Shown here piece after piece: positions 46,912-55,242 of a DNA stretch of 64,000 bases. This DNA comes from a virus. The stretch spans positions 3,173 to 67,172 of IMG/VR virus record IMGVR_UViG_3300045454_000119; one strand, given 5' to 3'. Each line of letters opens with the position of its first letter. The stretch's first letter is position 1. A model generated the notes under the pieces. The model was not told the DNA's origin and searched no databases. It saw only the letters and a program-made list of their open reading frames with translations. The position numbers were made by a program, and so were the translations under genes.

Positions 46912-47234
46912 TCGGCATCGAGGCGGGCGGGAAAGCCCAGTACGACGACCAGCTCGGCTGCTACGCGGCCTACACGGACAAGGGCGACTTCCGGGCGAAG
47001 ACGCTCGACGAGCTCGCGGCCCTGGTCCCGCTGACGGCCGGCGAGCGGGCCGAGTTGGAGGCCGAGCGGGCCGCCACGCTGCCCCGCGGCGAAGCCGCCG
47101 AGGTCGCCCGGCTCCGTGAGGAGAAGCAACAACTCGAGGCCGAGGTGGCGATGCTCCGGACGGTCCAGGCCGAGATGCGGGCCGCCGTCCGGGCGGACAT
47201 CGCCCAGGCCGTGATCGACGCTCTGAAGGGGTAG
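46908..47234 (+). CDS. Coiled-coil hypothetical protein
   Basis: ATGA-coupled; heptad C-terminus. Confidence 0.65.
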   Translation: MIGIEAGGKAQYDDQLGCYAAYTDKGDFRAKTLDELAALVPLTAGERAELEAERAATLPRGEAAEVARLREEKQQLEAEVAMLRTVQAEMRAAVRADIAQAVIDALKG

Positions 47235-47235
47235 C

Positions 47236-48075
47236 ATGGCCGCACTGACCGACCTGTCCGACATCGTGAACCGCCTGACCGGGGGCAACAACGGCACCCC
47301 GGAGCACGTCTTCTGCTGGGTCGACAGCCGCATCGGCGGCGCGGCGGCGGCGGCGACGGTCGCCGGCCGGATGACCTCCCTGTGGCAGTACAACAAGGCC
47401 CCGGGCGGGCAGGGGGCCGTCCCGACGTCGGCGGCGGTTCCCGACAACGGGACGGCCGGGGGGCTCTTCCAGACCGCCCCGGGCGGCGGGCGGGAAAAGT
47501 GGTTACTTGGAATGGTGGGCACTGCTTCGGCGGCGGGCACCTTATTGCTCTACGACCGGCTCCTGCACAACGGCGGGCTGTCCGGGACGGTCACCACCGC
47601 CCAGACGGTCGGCGGCACCCTGACCCGGAACACGGGCGGGGCCGGCAACCAGATCTGGGTCGAGATCTATACCCAGATTGGAACCACCGCGACCACGATT
47701 ACGGCGAGCTATACAAATCAAGCCGGCACCTCCGGACGCACGACCAAGGCGGTCGCGTTCGGCGGCACCGGGCAGCGGGAGGCCGAGCGGATCATCCCGC
47801 TACCGCTCCAGGATGGTGACACGGGCGTTCAGGCCGTGGCCTCGGTAACGGTCCTGGCGACCACCACCACCGCCGGCAACTTCGGGGTGACGATCGCCCG
47901 CCCGCTCCTCGTCGTCCCGGTCGTGGCGGCCGCGGCCGGCACCCAGCGGGACCTCATCGCCGGATTGCCCGAGGTGAAGGAGATCGACGCCGACGCCTGC
48001 CTGACGCTGGCCTGGCTGGCCAACACCACCACGGCTCCGCAGTGCATAGTGTCGCTGTCGACGGTGGAGAAGTGA
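47236..48075 (+). CDS. Phage structural protein (paralog A)
   Basis: 'LYDRLLHNGGLSGTVTTAQT', 'LPLQDGDTGVQAV'. Confidence 0.75.
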   Translation: MAALTDLSDIVNRLTGGNNGTPEHVFCWVDSRIGGAAAAATVAGRMTSLWQYNKAPGGQGAVPTSAAVPDNGTAGGLFQTAPGGGREKWLLGMVGTASAAGTLLLYDRLLHNGGLSGTVTTAQTVGGTLTRNTGGAGNQIWVEIYTQIGTTATTITASYTNQAGTSGRTTKAVAFGGTGQREAERIIPLPLQDGDTGVQAVASVTVLATTTTAGNFGVTIARPLLVVPVVAAAAGTQRDLIAGLPEVKEIDADACLTLAWLANTTTAPQCIVSLSTVEK

Positions 48076-48076
48076 C

Positions 48077-48916
48077 ATGGCGCTTGCGGATTACTCGGCC
48101 TACAAGACCGCCGTCGCCGCCAACTCGGGCAACTTCCCGTTCACGAAGCAGTTCACCAACTCGACCGGCACCTCCCTGCGGCTGGTCTCCTCGTGGATCG
48201 ACCCCCCCAACGCCGGGGCCACCCCGTCGACGGCGGCGGCCTGTAACGCGGGCACGACCGGCGCGCTCGTCACCCAGCCGCGCCTGACCGCGACGACGAA
48301 CCCGCTCTACCTGGCCGGGGCGGACGTCGGGAGCGGCTACCCGTTCGGTGCGACGACCGTGGTCGTCGACCGGCTCTCCCACCAGGGCGGGCTCTCCGGG
48401 GTGCCGACCACGGCACAGACCACGAACCTCCCCACCGCCGCCCTCACCCGGTACACGTCCGGGGTCGGGGTCATGGCGGCGATCGAGATCCACTCGGCCA
48501 TCGGGTCCACCGCGACCACGGTCACCGCCTCGTACACCAACCAGGACGGGACGGCGGGCCGCACGACCAAGCCGGTCGCCATCGGGGGGTCCGGGCTGAA
48601 CGTCGCCCGGCTGCTCCTGCCGCTCCCGCTCCAGGACGGGGACACCGGGGTCCGGTCGGTGGAGTCGGTCACCCTCGCCGCCAACACGACCAGCGCGGGC
48701 AACCTCGGGGTCACCCTGTTCAAGCCGCTCCTCCTGATGCCCGGCCACTCGCTCAACGGCGGCCACCAGCCGAACCACTGGGACGGGCTCCTGTGCGGCG
48801 GGCAGAAGCTCGTCGGGGTGGACGACGACGCCTGCCTCCAGCTCCTCACGTACCCGGGCGACGCCGGCAACACCGTCCAGTTCGCCGGCGCCCTCACGAT
48901 CGTCGAGGTGGCCTGA
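48077..48916 (+). CDS. Phage structural protein (paralog B)
   Basis: 'VDRLSHQGGLSGVPTTAQT', 'LPLQDGDTGVRSV'; same 279-aa length as paralog A. Confidence 0.75.
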   Translation: MALADYSAYKTAVAANSGNFPFTKQFTNSTGTSLRLVSSWIDPPNAGATPSTAAACNAGTTGALVTQPRLTATTNPLYLAGADVGSGYPFGATTVVVDRLSHQGGLSGVPTTAQTTNLPTAALTRYTSGVGVMAAIEIHSAIGSTATTVTASYTNQDGTAGRTTKPVAIGGSGLNVARLLLPLPLQDGDTGVRSVESVTLAANTTSAGNLGVTLFKPLLLMPGHSLNGGHQPNHWDGLLCGGQKLVGVDDDACLQLLTYPGDAGNTVQFAGALTIVEVA

Positions 48917-49923
48917 TGCGGCGGTCGGCCCGCCGGCTCCCGTTCGACGGGGCCGCGGCGGAGGTCGGCACCATCCCGGCCGCGGCGGTCACGTCCGGCA
49001 CAACCTACGACGAGTCCGTCTCGGAATCCGTCACGGCGGCGGAGTCCTCCTCGCCCGCCCTGACCGCCAACCCGAGCCTGTCGGAGTCCGTCGCCGGGGC
49101 CGACGCCGCCGGCGTTACCGCCGCACTAGCCCCGGCCCTCTCCGAACCCGTTACCGGGGGCGAGGCCGCCAACGCGACCGCCACCCTCGCCCCGGCTCTT
49201 GTCGAGTCGGTGACCGTCGCCGACACCACCTCGGCCGCCCTGACCGCGAACCCTTCACTCTCCGAATCCGTAGCCGGGGCCGAATCTCCGTCCCCGGTCC
49301 TGACCGCCAACCCCACGCTCGCGGAGGCCGTCACGGCCGCCGACGCCGCCTCGGACGGCGGGAGCCAGACGTACAACGAGTCGGTCTCCGAAAGCCTCAC
49401 GGCGGGGGACGCAACCACCGCCGCGGCGACGTTCAGCCCGGCCCGGTCGGAGCCCGCCACGGGCGCGGACACGGCCGCCGCCGCCCTCACCGCCAACCCG
49501 ACGCTCTCCGAGCCCGGCACGGCGGGGGAGGCTGTCGCTGCCGCCGCCACCTTCGCCCCCACGACCTCCGAGGCCGTCACCGGGGCCGACGCCGCGGCCG
49601 GTGCCAACACCGTGCCGGTCTCCCGGTCCGAGGCACTCACCCCGGCCGACGCCGCCGCGGCAACGGCCGCCTTCGCCCCCACACTCACCGAGCCCCTGAC
49701 CGCGGCCGACCTCCCTGCCGCCGCCGCCGCCCTCCTGACCGCCCTCGCCGAACTCGTGGCCGCCGCCGACCTCGCCGTCGAGAACTCCGGCCCGGTGGTC
49801 GAGGGGGCCTCCCTGGAGTGGACGCCGAAGCCGCCGCCCCGGCTCCGCTGGGCGTCCCCGGAATCGCGGCTACACTACGCCGCCGGAAACCGTCTACACT
49901 GGACCGCGAGGACCGATGGTTAA
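48916..49923 (+). CDS. 20-aa tandem-repeat structural protein
   Basis: About 13 repeats of E-[SPA]-V-T-x-A-[DE]...[AN]-P-x-L-S. Confidence 0.75.
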   Translation: MRRSARRLPFDGAAAEVGTIPAAAVTSGTTYDESVSESVTAAESSSPALTANPSLSESVAGADAAGVTAALAPALSEPVTGGEAANATATLAPALVESVTVADTTSAALTANPSLSESVAGAESPSPVLTANPTLAEAVTAADAASDGGSQTYNESVSESLTAGDATTAAATFSPARSEPATGADTAAAALTANPTLSEPGTAGEAVAAAATFAPTTSEAVTGADAAAGANTVPVSRSEALTPADAAAATAAFAPTLTEPLTAADLPAAAAALLTALAELVAAADLAVENSGPVVEGASLEWTPKPPPRLRWASPESRLHYAAGNRLHWTARTDG

Positions 49924-50242
49924 AGCCCCGCAGATCCCGACCAAGCACCCCGACGCCGTCAAGAACGGGGCCGTCTCGTTCGCCGGCCAGCTCGACGACG
50001 GGGAGGCCCTGACCGGCACCCCGACCGCGGCGGCGGCCGGGCTCACCGTCGACAACGTCCGGGTGAGCACCGCCGACCTCACCGTCAACGGCCAGACCGT
50101 CCCCGCCGGGAAGGCGGTGCAGTTCCGGGTGGCCGGCGGGGCGAACAACACCACCTACGAGATCAAGGTCACCTGCGGCACCACCTCCTCCCCCGCCCAG
50201 ACGCTCGTCGTCGAGTGCCCGCTCGCCGTGCTCGACGCCTGA
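49916..50242 (+). CDS. Fibre-tail adaptor-like protein
   Basis: 'KHPDAV...L.DGEAL...GL...VAGG..NTTYEIKVT'. Confidence 0.65.
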   Translation: MVKAPQIPTKHPDAVKNGAVSFAGQLDDGEALTGTPTAAAAGLTVDNVRVSTADLTVNGQTVPAGKAVQFRVAGGANNTTYEIKVTCGTTSSPAQTLVVECPLAVLDA

Positions 50243-50297
50243 CCGCCGTCATTTCCCGCGGTGCGGGGTCCATCCGGCCCGTGGTATTTTGACCGGG

Positions 50298-50543
50298 ATG
50301 AGCGGCGGCGTGTCCCTGGAAATCTTCGAGTGGGTGGTGGGCGGCATGTTCAGCGTGCTGGTCGCCGTCGGCGGGTTCTTCTTCAAGCAGATCGCCAGCC
50401 GGCTGACCGCCATCGAGCGGGACCTGTCCCGGCGGAACGAGCGGATCTCGGTGCTCGAGACCCACATCGACACCGTCAACCGGCGGCTCGACCGCATCGA
50501 GACCAAGCTGGACATCCTGATCGAGAAGAAGCTCAACCCCTGA
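50298..50543 (+). CDS. Holin/XhlA-like membrane protein
   Basis: N-terminal TM plus 'RLDRIETKLDILI' coiled coil, upstream of endolysin. Confidence 0.65.
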   Translation: MSGGVSLEIFEWVVGGMFSVLVAVGGFFFKQIASRLTAIERDLSRRNERISVLETHIDTVNRRLDRIETKLDILIEKKLNP

Positions 50544-50555
50544 CCCCGGAGGCGC

Positions 50556-51029
50556 ATGGACTACCGCGAGAAGGCCCGCCGGATGCTGATCGAGGACGAG
50601 GGCCTCCGGCTCAAGGCCTACCAGTGTCCCGCGGGGGCGTGGACGATCGGGGTGGGGCACAACCTCTCCGCCCGCGGCGTCACCGGCCTCCGGCTCCTGA
50701 AGTACCGGACCGTCGGCATCTCCCACGCGCAGGCGATGAGGTGGCTCGACGAGGACGTCGCGGCGGCCGAGGCCGACTGCTCCCACCTGTTCGGCGACGC
50801 CCTGTTCGACTCGTGGTCCGACCACAGAAAGCTTGGGTTCGTCAATTTCCTGTTCAACTTAGGAAGGGACCGGGCGCTCAGGTTCCCGAACATGCTCCGC
50901 CACGCCCGCAACGGCCACTGGTCGAACGTCCGCGTGCACCTCGAAAACTCCCTCTGGTTCCGCCAGGTGAAGACCCGCGGGCCGAAGGTGGTCGCGATGA
51001 TCTGCGACGAGGCCTGGCCGTATGGTTGA
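50556..51029 (+). CDS. Endolysin, GH24 lysozyme
   Basis: 'EDEGLRLKAYQCPAGAWTIGVGHNL' (E-x8-C-x5-T), 'NFLFNLG', 'SLWFRQV..R'. Confidence 0.92.
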   Translation: MDYREKARRMLIEDEGLRLKAYQCPAGAWTIGVGHNLSARGVTGLRLLKYRTVGISHAQAMRWLDEDVAAAEADCSHLFGDALFDSWSDHRKLGFVNFLFNLGRDRALRFPNMLRHARNGHWSNVRVHLENSLWFRQVKTRGPKVVAMICDEAWPYG

Positions 51030-51858
51030 CTTCCTCCGCTGGTTCCTGGTCGGGGTGGCGTGCGGGTTCACGGCCGTCGTCTCGGTGGCGCACGCCCAGG
51101 ACAACCCCTACGGCGCGAGCTACCTCGGGTTCTGCCACCGGCTCTGGCCGTGTGAGCGGTCCCTCCGGGTGTTCGACGGCGTGCCGGTCAAGCGGCTCGG
51201 CTTCCTGGCCCCGCCGACGTTCGGCAAGGACTGCCCGTGCTACAAGCGGTTCCAGAAGCTCCCCGGCCCGAAGTACGTCCGGGTGACGCTGGCCAACGGC
51301 ACCTGCTTCCGGGAGCGCGGCCGCACCTGCGGGGCGGGCGAGCTGTTCGAGGGCGAGTCGCTCGCCTCGGCCGACCGGAAGCTCCGGCGGCGGGACGGGC
51401 GGCTGCTGAAGCGCTACCGCACCAACGTCGGCAGGGTGAAGGCCCTGCTCGCCGGTTCCTCCGACACCATCGAGCGGCTGGCCCTCTGCCTCGAATGCCC
51501 GGTATCCGGACCGGCCCGCGAAGCGTTGCTCTCGGTCGCCCGCAAGGTGTTCCCCGACGGCGTGTTCGTCGACTCGGTGCTGACCCAACCCTGTTTACCC
51601 GGGCTCATCTGCGAGAAGCACGGGGCCGCACCCAAGCTGTCCGCCCCGTGCATCGCCGACACCGACGGGGTCAGCCACACCGCGATCGACGTGGACGAGT
51701 ACCGGGCGGCGACCGCGGCCTGCGAGGCCTCCTTCCTCTGGGCACCGCGGTTCAACCTGATCGACACATCCCGCCCCGGGTTCGTCCCGCCCGCCGACCG
51801 CACCACCCGCCCCACCGGCGACGACTTCACGGCCGTATGGTACTGGCTCAACGACTGA
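51022..51858 (+). CDS. Secreted Cys-rich hypothetical protein
   Basis: Signal peptide 'VSVAHA-QD', many Cys. Confidence 0.7.
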   Translation: MVDFLRWFLVGVACGFTAVVSVAHAQDNPYGASYLGFCHRLWPCERSLRVFDGVPVKRLGFLAPPTFGKDCPCYKRFQKLPGPKYVRVTLANGTCFRERGRTCGAGELFEGESLASADRKLRRRDGRLLKRYRTNVGRVKALLAGSSDTIERLALCLECPVSGPAREALLSVARKVFPDGVFVDSVLTQPCLPGLICEKHGAAPKLSAPCIADTDGVSHTAIDVDEYRAATAACEASFLWAPRFNLIDTSRPGFVPPADRTTRPTGDDFTAVWYWLND

Positions 51859-52031
51859 CCCTGCTGCTGGTACTGCTGCTCCCCGGCTGCGCCACCCTCA
51901 AGGCTTCAGGCTGGTCCGGCGACGCCCGGAGGTGCGAGCACGGGGAGGGGCGGATGCACCCGAACGGGTACTGGGCGGAGGAGTGCCGGGACGGCACCGG
52001 GGTGCTGTTTTGGCTGGTGTGGGTCCACTAG
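51837..52031 (+). CDS. Small lipoprotein (possible spanin component)
   Basis: Lipobox 'LLPG-C'. Confidence 0.55.
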   Translation: MVLAQRLTLLLVLLLPGCATLKASGWSGDARRCEHGEGRMHPNGYWAEECRDGTGVLFWLVWVH

Positions 52032-52073
52032 GGGCGGTGGTAAACTCCCCGGTGTAACCCCGCACGGAGGAGC

Positions 52074-52319
52074 ATGGAACAAGACAAGAAGCCGGCAGTG
52101 AAGTCGTGGTCGATCTGGGGCAGCGTCCTCCAGGTCCTCCCCCTGTTCTACCTGATCGAGAAGGGGCTCGACCTGCCGAGCGGGTTCGTCGAGCGGCTCA
52201 TCGCCTCCGGCAACGAGCTGTACCTCGCCGCCGTCTCGTTCGCCGGCCTGGTCCTGTCCGTCTGGGGCCGGCTCCGGGCGAACAGCCGGATCTCCGGCCT
52301 GTTCAAGGTCAAGGAGTAG
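52074..52319 (+). CDS. Holin-like two-TM protein
   Basis: 'KSWSIWG', 'LSVWGRLRA..I'. Confidence 0.7.
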   Translation: MEQDKKPAVKSWSIWGSVLQVLPLFYLIEKGLDLPSGFVERLIASGNELYLAAVSFAGLVLSVWGRLRANSRISGLFKVKE

Positions 52320-52360
52320 CTTCAGGTCAATTAAACCTCGAAAGAAAATCCTCAACCCCG

Positions 52361-52383
52361 GCGGGCACTTGGCCCGCTTTTTT
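52361..52383 (+). terminator. Intrinsic terminator ending the late operon
   Basis: gcgggc-acttg-gcccgc-tttttt. Confidence 0.8.
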
Positions 52384-52396
52384 ATCGTCCCGTCGA

Positions 52397-52432
52397 AAGT
52401 TGTTGACTCTTTTTAAAGATCGGCCGAATCCT
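52397..52432 (+). promoter_or_regulatory. Promoter with AAGTTGTTGACTC motif
   Basis: TTGACT-18-AATCCT directly after the terminator. Confidence 0.6.
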
Positions 52433-52486
52433 TAGCACTGTGACCGGTGAGCACTCAAGCGCACCGGACGAAACTGGGAGGGACAC

Positions 52487-52696
52487 ATGGGACACAGCGC
52501 GTATAAGGCGAGGGAGCGGCTCAGCCGCCTCACGTACCAGGAGTGGGAGGACCGGGTGGACGAGCTCACCTCGCTCGCGGGCTTTCGCGTGCGGGAGGTG
52601 ACCGGCGAGAAGCTGATGGAGATGTACGCCCGGCGGCTGTCCGCCGGGCTCACGGCCGAGCTGCTCATAGAGGTGCGGAACGCGGCCGGGAAGTGA
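52487..52696 (+). CDS. Small hypothetical protein
   Basis: GGAGG RBS. Confidence 0.6.
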   Translation: MGHSAYKARERLSRLTYQEWEDRVDELTSLAGFRVREVTGEKLMEMYARRLSAGLTAELLIEVRNAAGK

Positions 52697-52733
52697 AGGG
52701 GAAGGTTAACGTCTAGGGATCGACAGGAAGGTT

Positions 52734-52946
52734 ATGAAACTTACGGATTGGATGGTGACGGCGTTCGTGTTCGGGGTGGCGGCGGCCACCAGCGGCTGTA
52801 GCGGGATGGAGGTCGGGGGGCGGTTGGGCGTGTACCGCGTCGACGAGCGGCAGGACAGCTCCCGGACGCACCGGGAGGCCGTCCCGTGGAAGTGCTACTT
52901 CGTCCCGTGTACGACGACGACGGCGGGGGAGGCGCAGGGGTCATGA
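52734..52946 (+). CDS. Small lipoprotein (possible superinfection exclusion)
   Basis: Lipobox 'TSG-C'. Confidence 0.6.
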   Translation: MKLTDWMVTAFVFGVAAATSGCSGMEVGGRLGVYRVDERQDSSRTHREAVPWKCYFVPCTTTTAGEAQGS

Positions 52947-53143
52947 GCCAGGAAGACACGTTCATGGGCCGGGTCAAGAAGGACCTGTTCACGCCGAAGG
53001 GGATCATGGTCACGGTCATCACCGACCTGGTCGTCATCGGCATCGCCGCGGCCTGGGTCCTCGTCAACGTCAACTTCCTGGGGAACGACGTGGCGATGAC
53101 CTTCGCCCCCGACGTCCCCCCGGTGAAGACCGGGAGGCGGTAG
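52943..53143 (+). CDS. Small membrane protein
   Basis: ATGA-coupled; one TM segment. Confidence 0.6.
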   Translation: MSQEDTFMGRVKKDLFTPKGIMVTVITDLVVIGIAAAWVLVNVNFLGNDVAMTFAPDVPPVKTGRR

Positions 53144-53144
53144 G

Positions 53145-53915
53145 TGGCGGCTGGCACGGCCGGCCCCGGGGTGCCACGCTGGTCGTGCCGACGACCCTTC
53201 GCTTACTTCGTGGGAGCGCCCGCCGGGCCGAGAGGCCCACGGCGGGTGCGGACCGAACGGTCACACAAGTAGGACAGCGACGTCGAGGCGTCGTCCGAAG
53301 CAGAGCTGGGGAGATGGTATATTTACCCTCTCCCTAGAACTCGCCGAGGGGGTAGAGGGTCTCGGACCTTCCTCAACCTCGCCCGGGCCGGGAGCCGTCC
53401 ACTGGGAACAGCGGGCGGTGGTAGCACAACGGCTCAAGCCCGCGAGGGCGACCGGGTACGGGTGGACGGAGACGGAGCCACACCGCGAACGAGCGGGTGC
53501 GGGTTGCGGTAAGCTGAGGCTTGTGCGTTCTCCTCTCGGGCTGAAATCCACAGGCGGTAAAACCTGTGGGAAAGTGCCGCGCCGGGGGACTGGCGCGGAT
53601 ACCGCACCCGCCCCTCGGGGTAGGCCCCCGATAGCGACGTGACCCCCACCCGACGGCCGACGAGACAACGGGACCATTCGACGCCCGAACACCGCGAAGG
53701 TTGGGCGGGTGAGGTGCGAACGCGGGTACGACGCTCGGGGGTTTTCGCAGAGGTTGTTGAGGGCCGCACGGCGGGGCCCGGGGGTTGACCAAGAGGGCAT
53801 GAGCGCGACGGGGGGCAGGGCAGTCACTCCGTCGTTCCCGACGCGGGAGGAGGACAGCGTTCACCACGAAGGAGGCCGGGCGGCGGGGCGACGTGTCACC
53901 CGGAAGGGTGAATGC
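53145..53915 (+). ncRNA. Candidate large ornate structured RNA (~760 nt)
   Basis: No credible ORF; more than 12 stems, GNRA loops, G-U pairs oriented for the + strand, long-range helices. Confidence 0.6.
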
Positions 53916-53995
53916 ACCGCCGACACCCGGGGAAGGTTCTGCGGCGGGATCTCGGGGGGTATCCCAAGTCGTACCACCCCCCGTACTCTGGACCC

Positions 53996-54661
53996 GTGAC
54001 GGCCCCGTACCTCGTCAAAAGCCCCCGGCACCTGGCCCAGTACATCGCCACCAACCTGCTCACCAAGGGCTGGTTCTTCTACACGTCCTTCGCCCTCCCC
54101 GCCGACCGCGACCCGCTCCCGATCGACGCCAAGCTGCTCGTCAAGTTCGAGGCGTTCCACTCGAAGGAGCGGCAGTACCGGAGGAGGAAGGGCGGACTGG
54201 CGTCGGTCAAGTACCTCCGGTGCGGGCAGGTCGGCTACCTGTTCGCCACCCGCGGCGAGTGCCCGGCGTTCTTCGCGGCCGAGGACTACCGGGACGCCCG
54301 GGTCGCCCCGGTCCATGTCGCCGGCCACACCATCCGGGTCGTCCCCGACACGGGCAAGGTCGCCGTCCGCATCCACCGAGAGGCCCAACGCCGCCTGCGC
54401 CAGCACCTGCTGGAACACGTCCGGCTGCCGACCCGGGACCTGGAGGCGCTCATCTGGAATCTGGACCTCCTGCCGTTCGCCGGCGTCCGGGACGGTATCT
54501 TTGCCGCCCTCCGCGAACTGAACGCCGGCCGCCGGTCCCTCCGGCTCCCACCGGTCGAGTGGAGGAACGCCGTCCGCAAGCGGTTCAAGGTGGAGCCCGT
54601 GTTCGCCGAGACCCCGCCCGAGGTCGCCGACCTCCTATCCTGGTACGCGAAACAGCGGTAG
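53996..54661 (+). CDS. Basic hypothetical protein of a planctomycete mobile-element family
   Basis: 'GWFFY...DP..IDAKL...RRRKGGLASVKYLR...ATRG...FF', 'PFAGVR'; family recognised from memory, function unknown. Confidence 0.7.
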   Translation: MTAPYLVKSPRHLAQYIATNLLTKGWFFYTSFALPADRDPLPIDAKLLVKFEAFHSKERQYRRRKGGLASVKYLRCGQVGYLFATRGECPAFFAAEDYRDARVAPVHVAGHTIRVVPDTGKVAVRIHREAQRRLRQHLLEHVRLPTRDLEALIWNLDLLPFAGVRDGIFAALRELNAGRRSLRLPPVEWRNAVRKRFKVEPVFAETPPEVADLLSWYAKQR

Positions 54662-54745
54662 CCTGGCCCCACCACGCCGGAGGGAAGCGGAACGTGATCC
54701 GCCGAGGCGCCGTCGTGGGGCCGACGATCGATGGCGGTCGTTATG

Positions 54746-54776
54746 CCGCAACAGGGGCCGGACCTCTGTTGCGGCG
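54746..54776 (+). terminator. Hairpin / putative terminator
   Basis: gccgcaacagggg...cctctgttgcggc followed by ggtttt. Confidence 0.45.
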
Positions 54777-54867
54777 GTTTTGCCCACGGTTCACGCCCGG
54801 CGGCTGGGGCCCAAGGTTCCACTTCGCATCTACAGCCGCACTCTCGGCCCGTGATACCCTCGGGGCC

Positions 54868-55242
54868 ATGAAGAAGGTCATCCACGGCATCGAGATCACC
54901 AAGGGGCCGGACGGGCAGTGGCGGGATGTAAATGGCACCGTCTACGCCGTCCTCGACCCCAGCAGCAGCGTGGACGACACGGTCCGGGCCGGCGTCGGCC
55001 CGCTGTCGATGCCGGCGGGCCACTGGACCGCGGACGCCGCCCGGGCCCACGACTTCGCCTTCGGCAGCCCGGAGTACCAGCGGACCCACACCCGCAGCCG
55101 GGCCGACCGGATGCTGCTGGACCACCTGCTCCAGGTGGCCGGGACCGACAAGGGGCGGCGGGCGCTGGCGTACACCTTTTACGCGCTGAGTCGAGCCTTT
55201 AGCTGGGCTTTTTGGGAGAACCCGGACACCCGCTGGAAGTAG
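54868..55242 (+). CDS. DUF1353 / phospholipase-A2-like protein
   Basis: 'AARAHDFAF...TRSRADRMLL..L...FYA.SRAF'. Confidence 0.6.
   Translation: MKKVIHGIEITKGPDGQWRDVNGTVYAVLDPSSSVDDTVRAGVGPLSMPAGHWTADAARAHDFAFGSPEYQRTHTRSRADRMLLDHLLQVAGTDKGRRALAYTFYALSRAFSWAFWENPDTRWK

Noticed and set aside
44207-48916. Paralogous tail genes as DGR or shufflon
   Set aside because: No reverse transcriptase, no adenine-specific TR/VR pair, no invertase or inverted cassettes.
53392-53435. GAGCCGT...ACGGCTC hairpin as group II intron domain V
   Set aside because: 44 nt rather than ~34, no typical bulge/GAAA loop or following domain VI, no RT ORF.
53490-53600. RNase P-like words (GGAAAGTGCC, GCGGTAAG) in the large RNA
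   Set aside because: The universal GAGGAAAGTCC and 3' AGAACCCGGCTTA elements were not found and the order does not fit.
9290-54775. Shared gacctctgtt (about 9295 and 54761) as att core
   Set aside because: Only 10 bp, lies inside a leader and a hairpin, and would exclude phage-type genes at 7.3-9.3 kb; likely chance.
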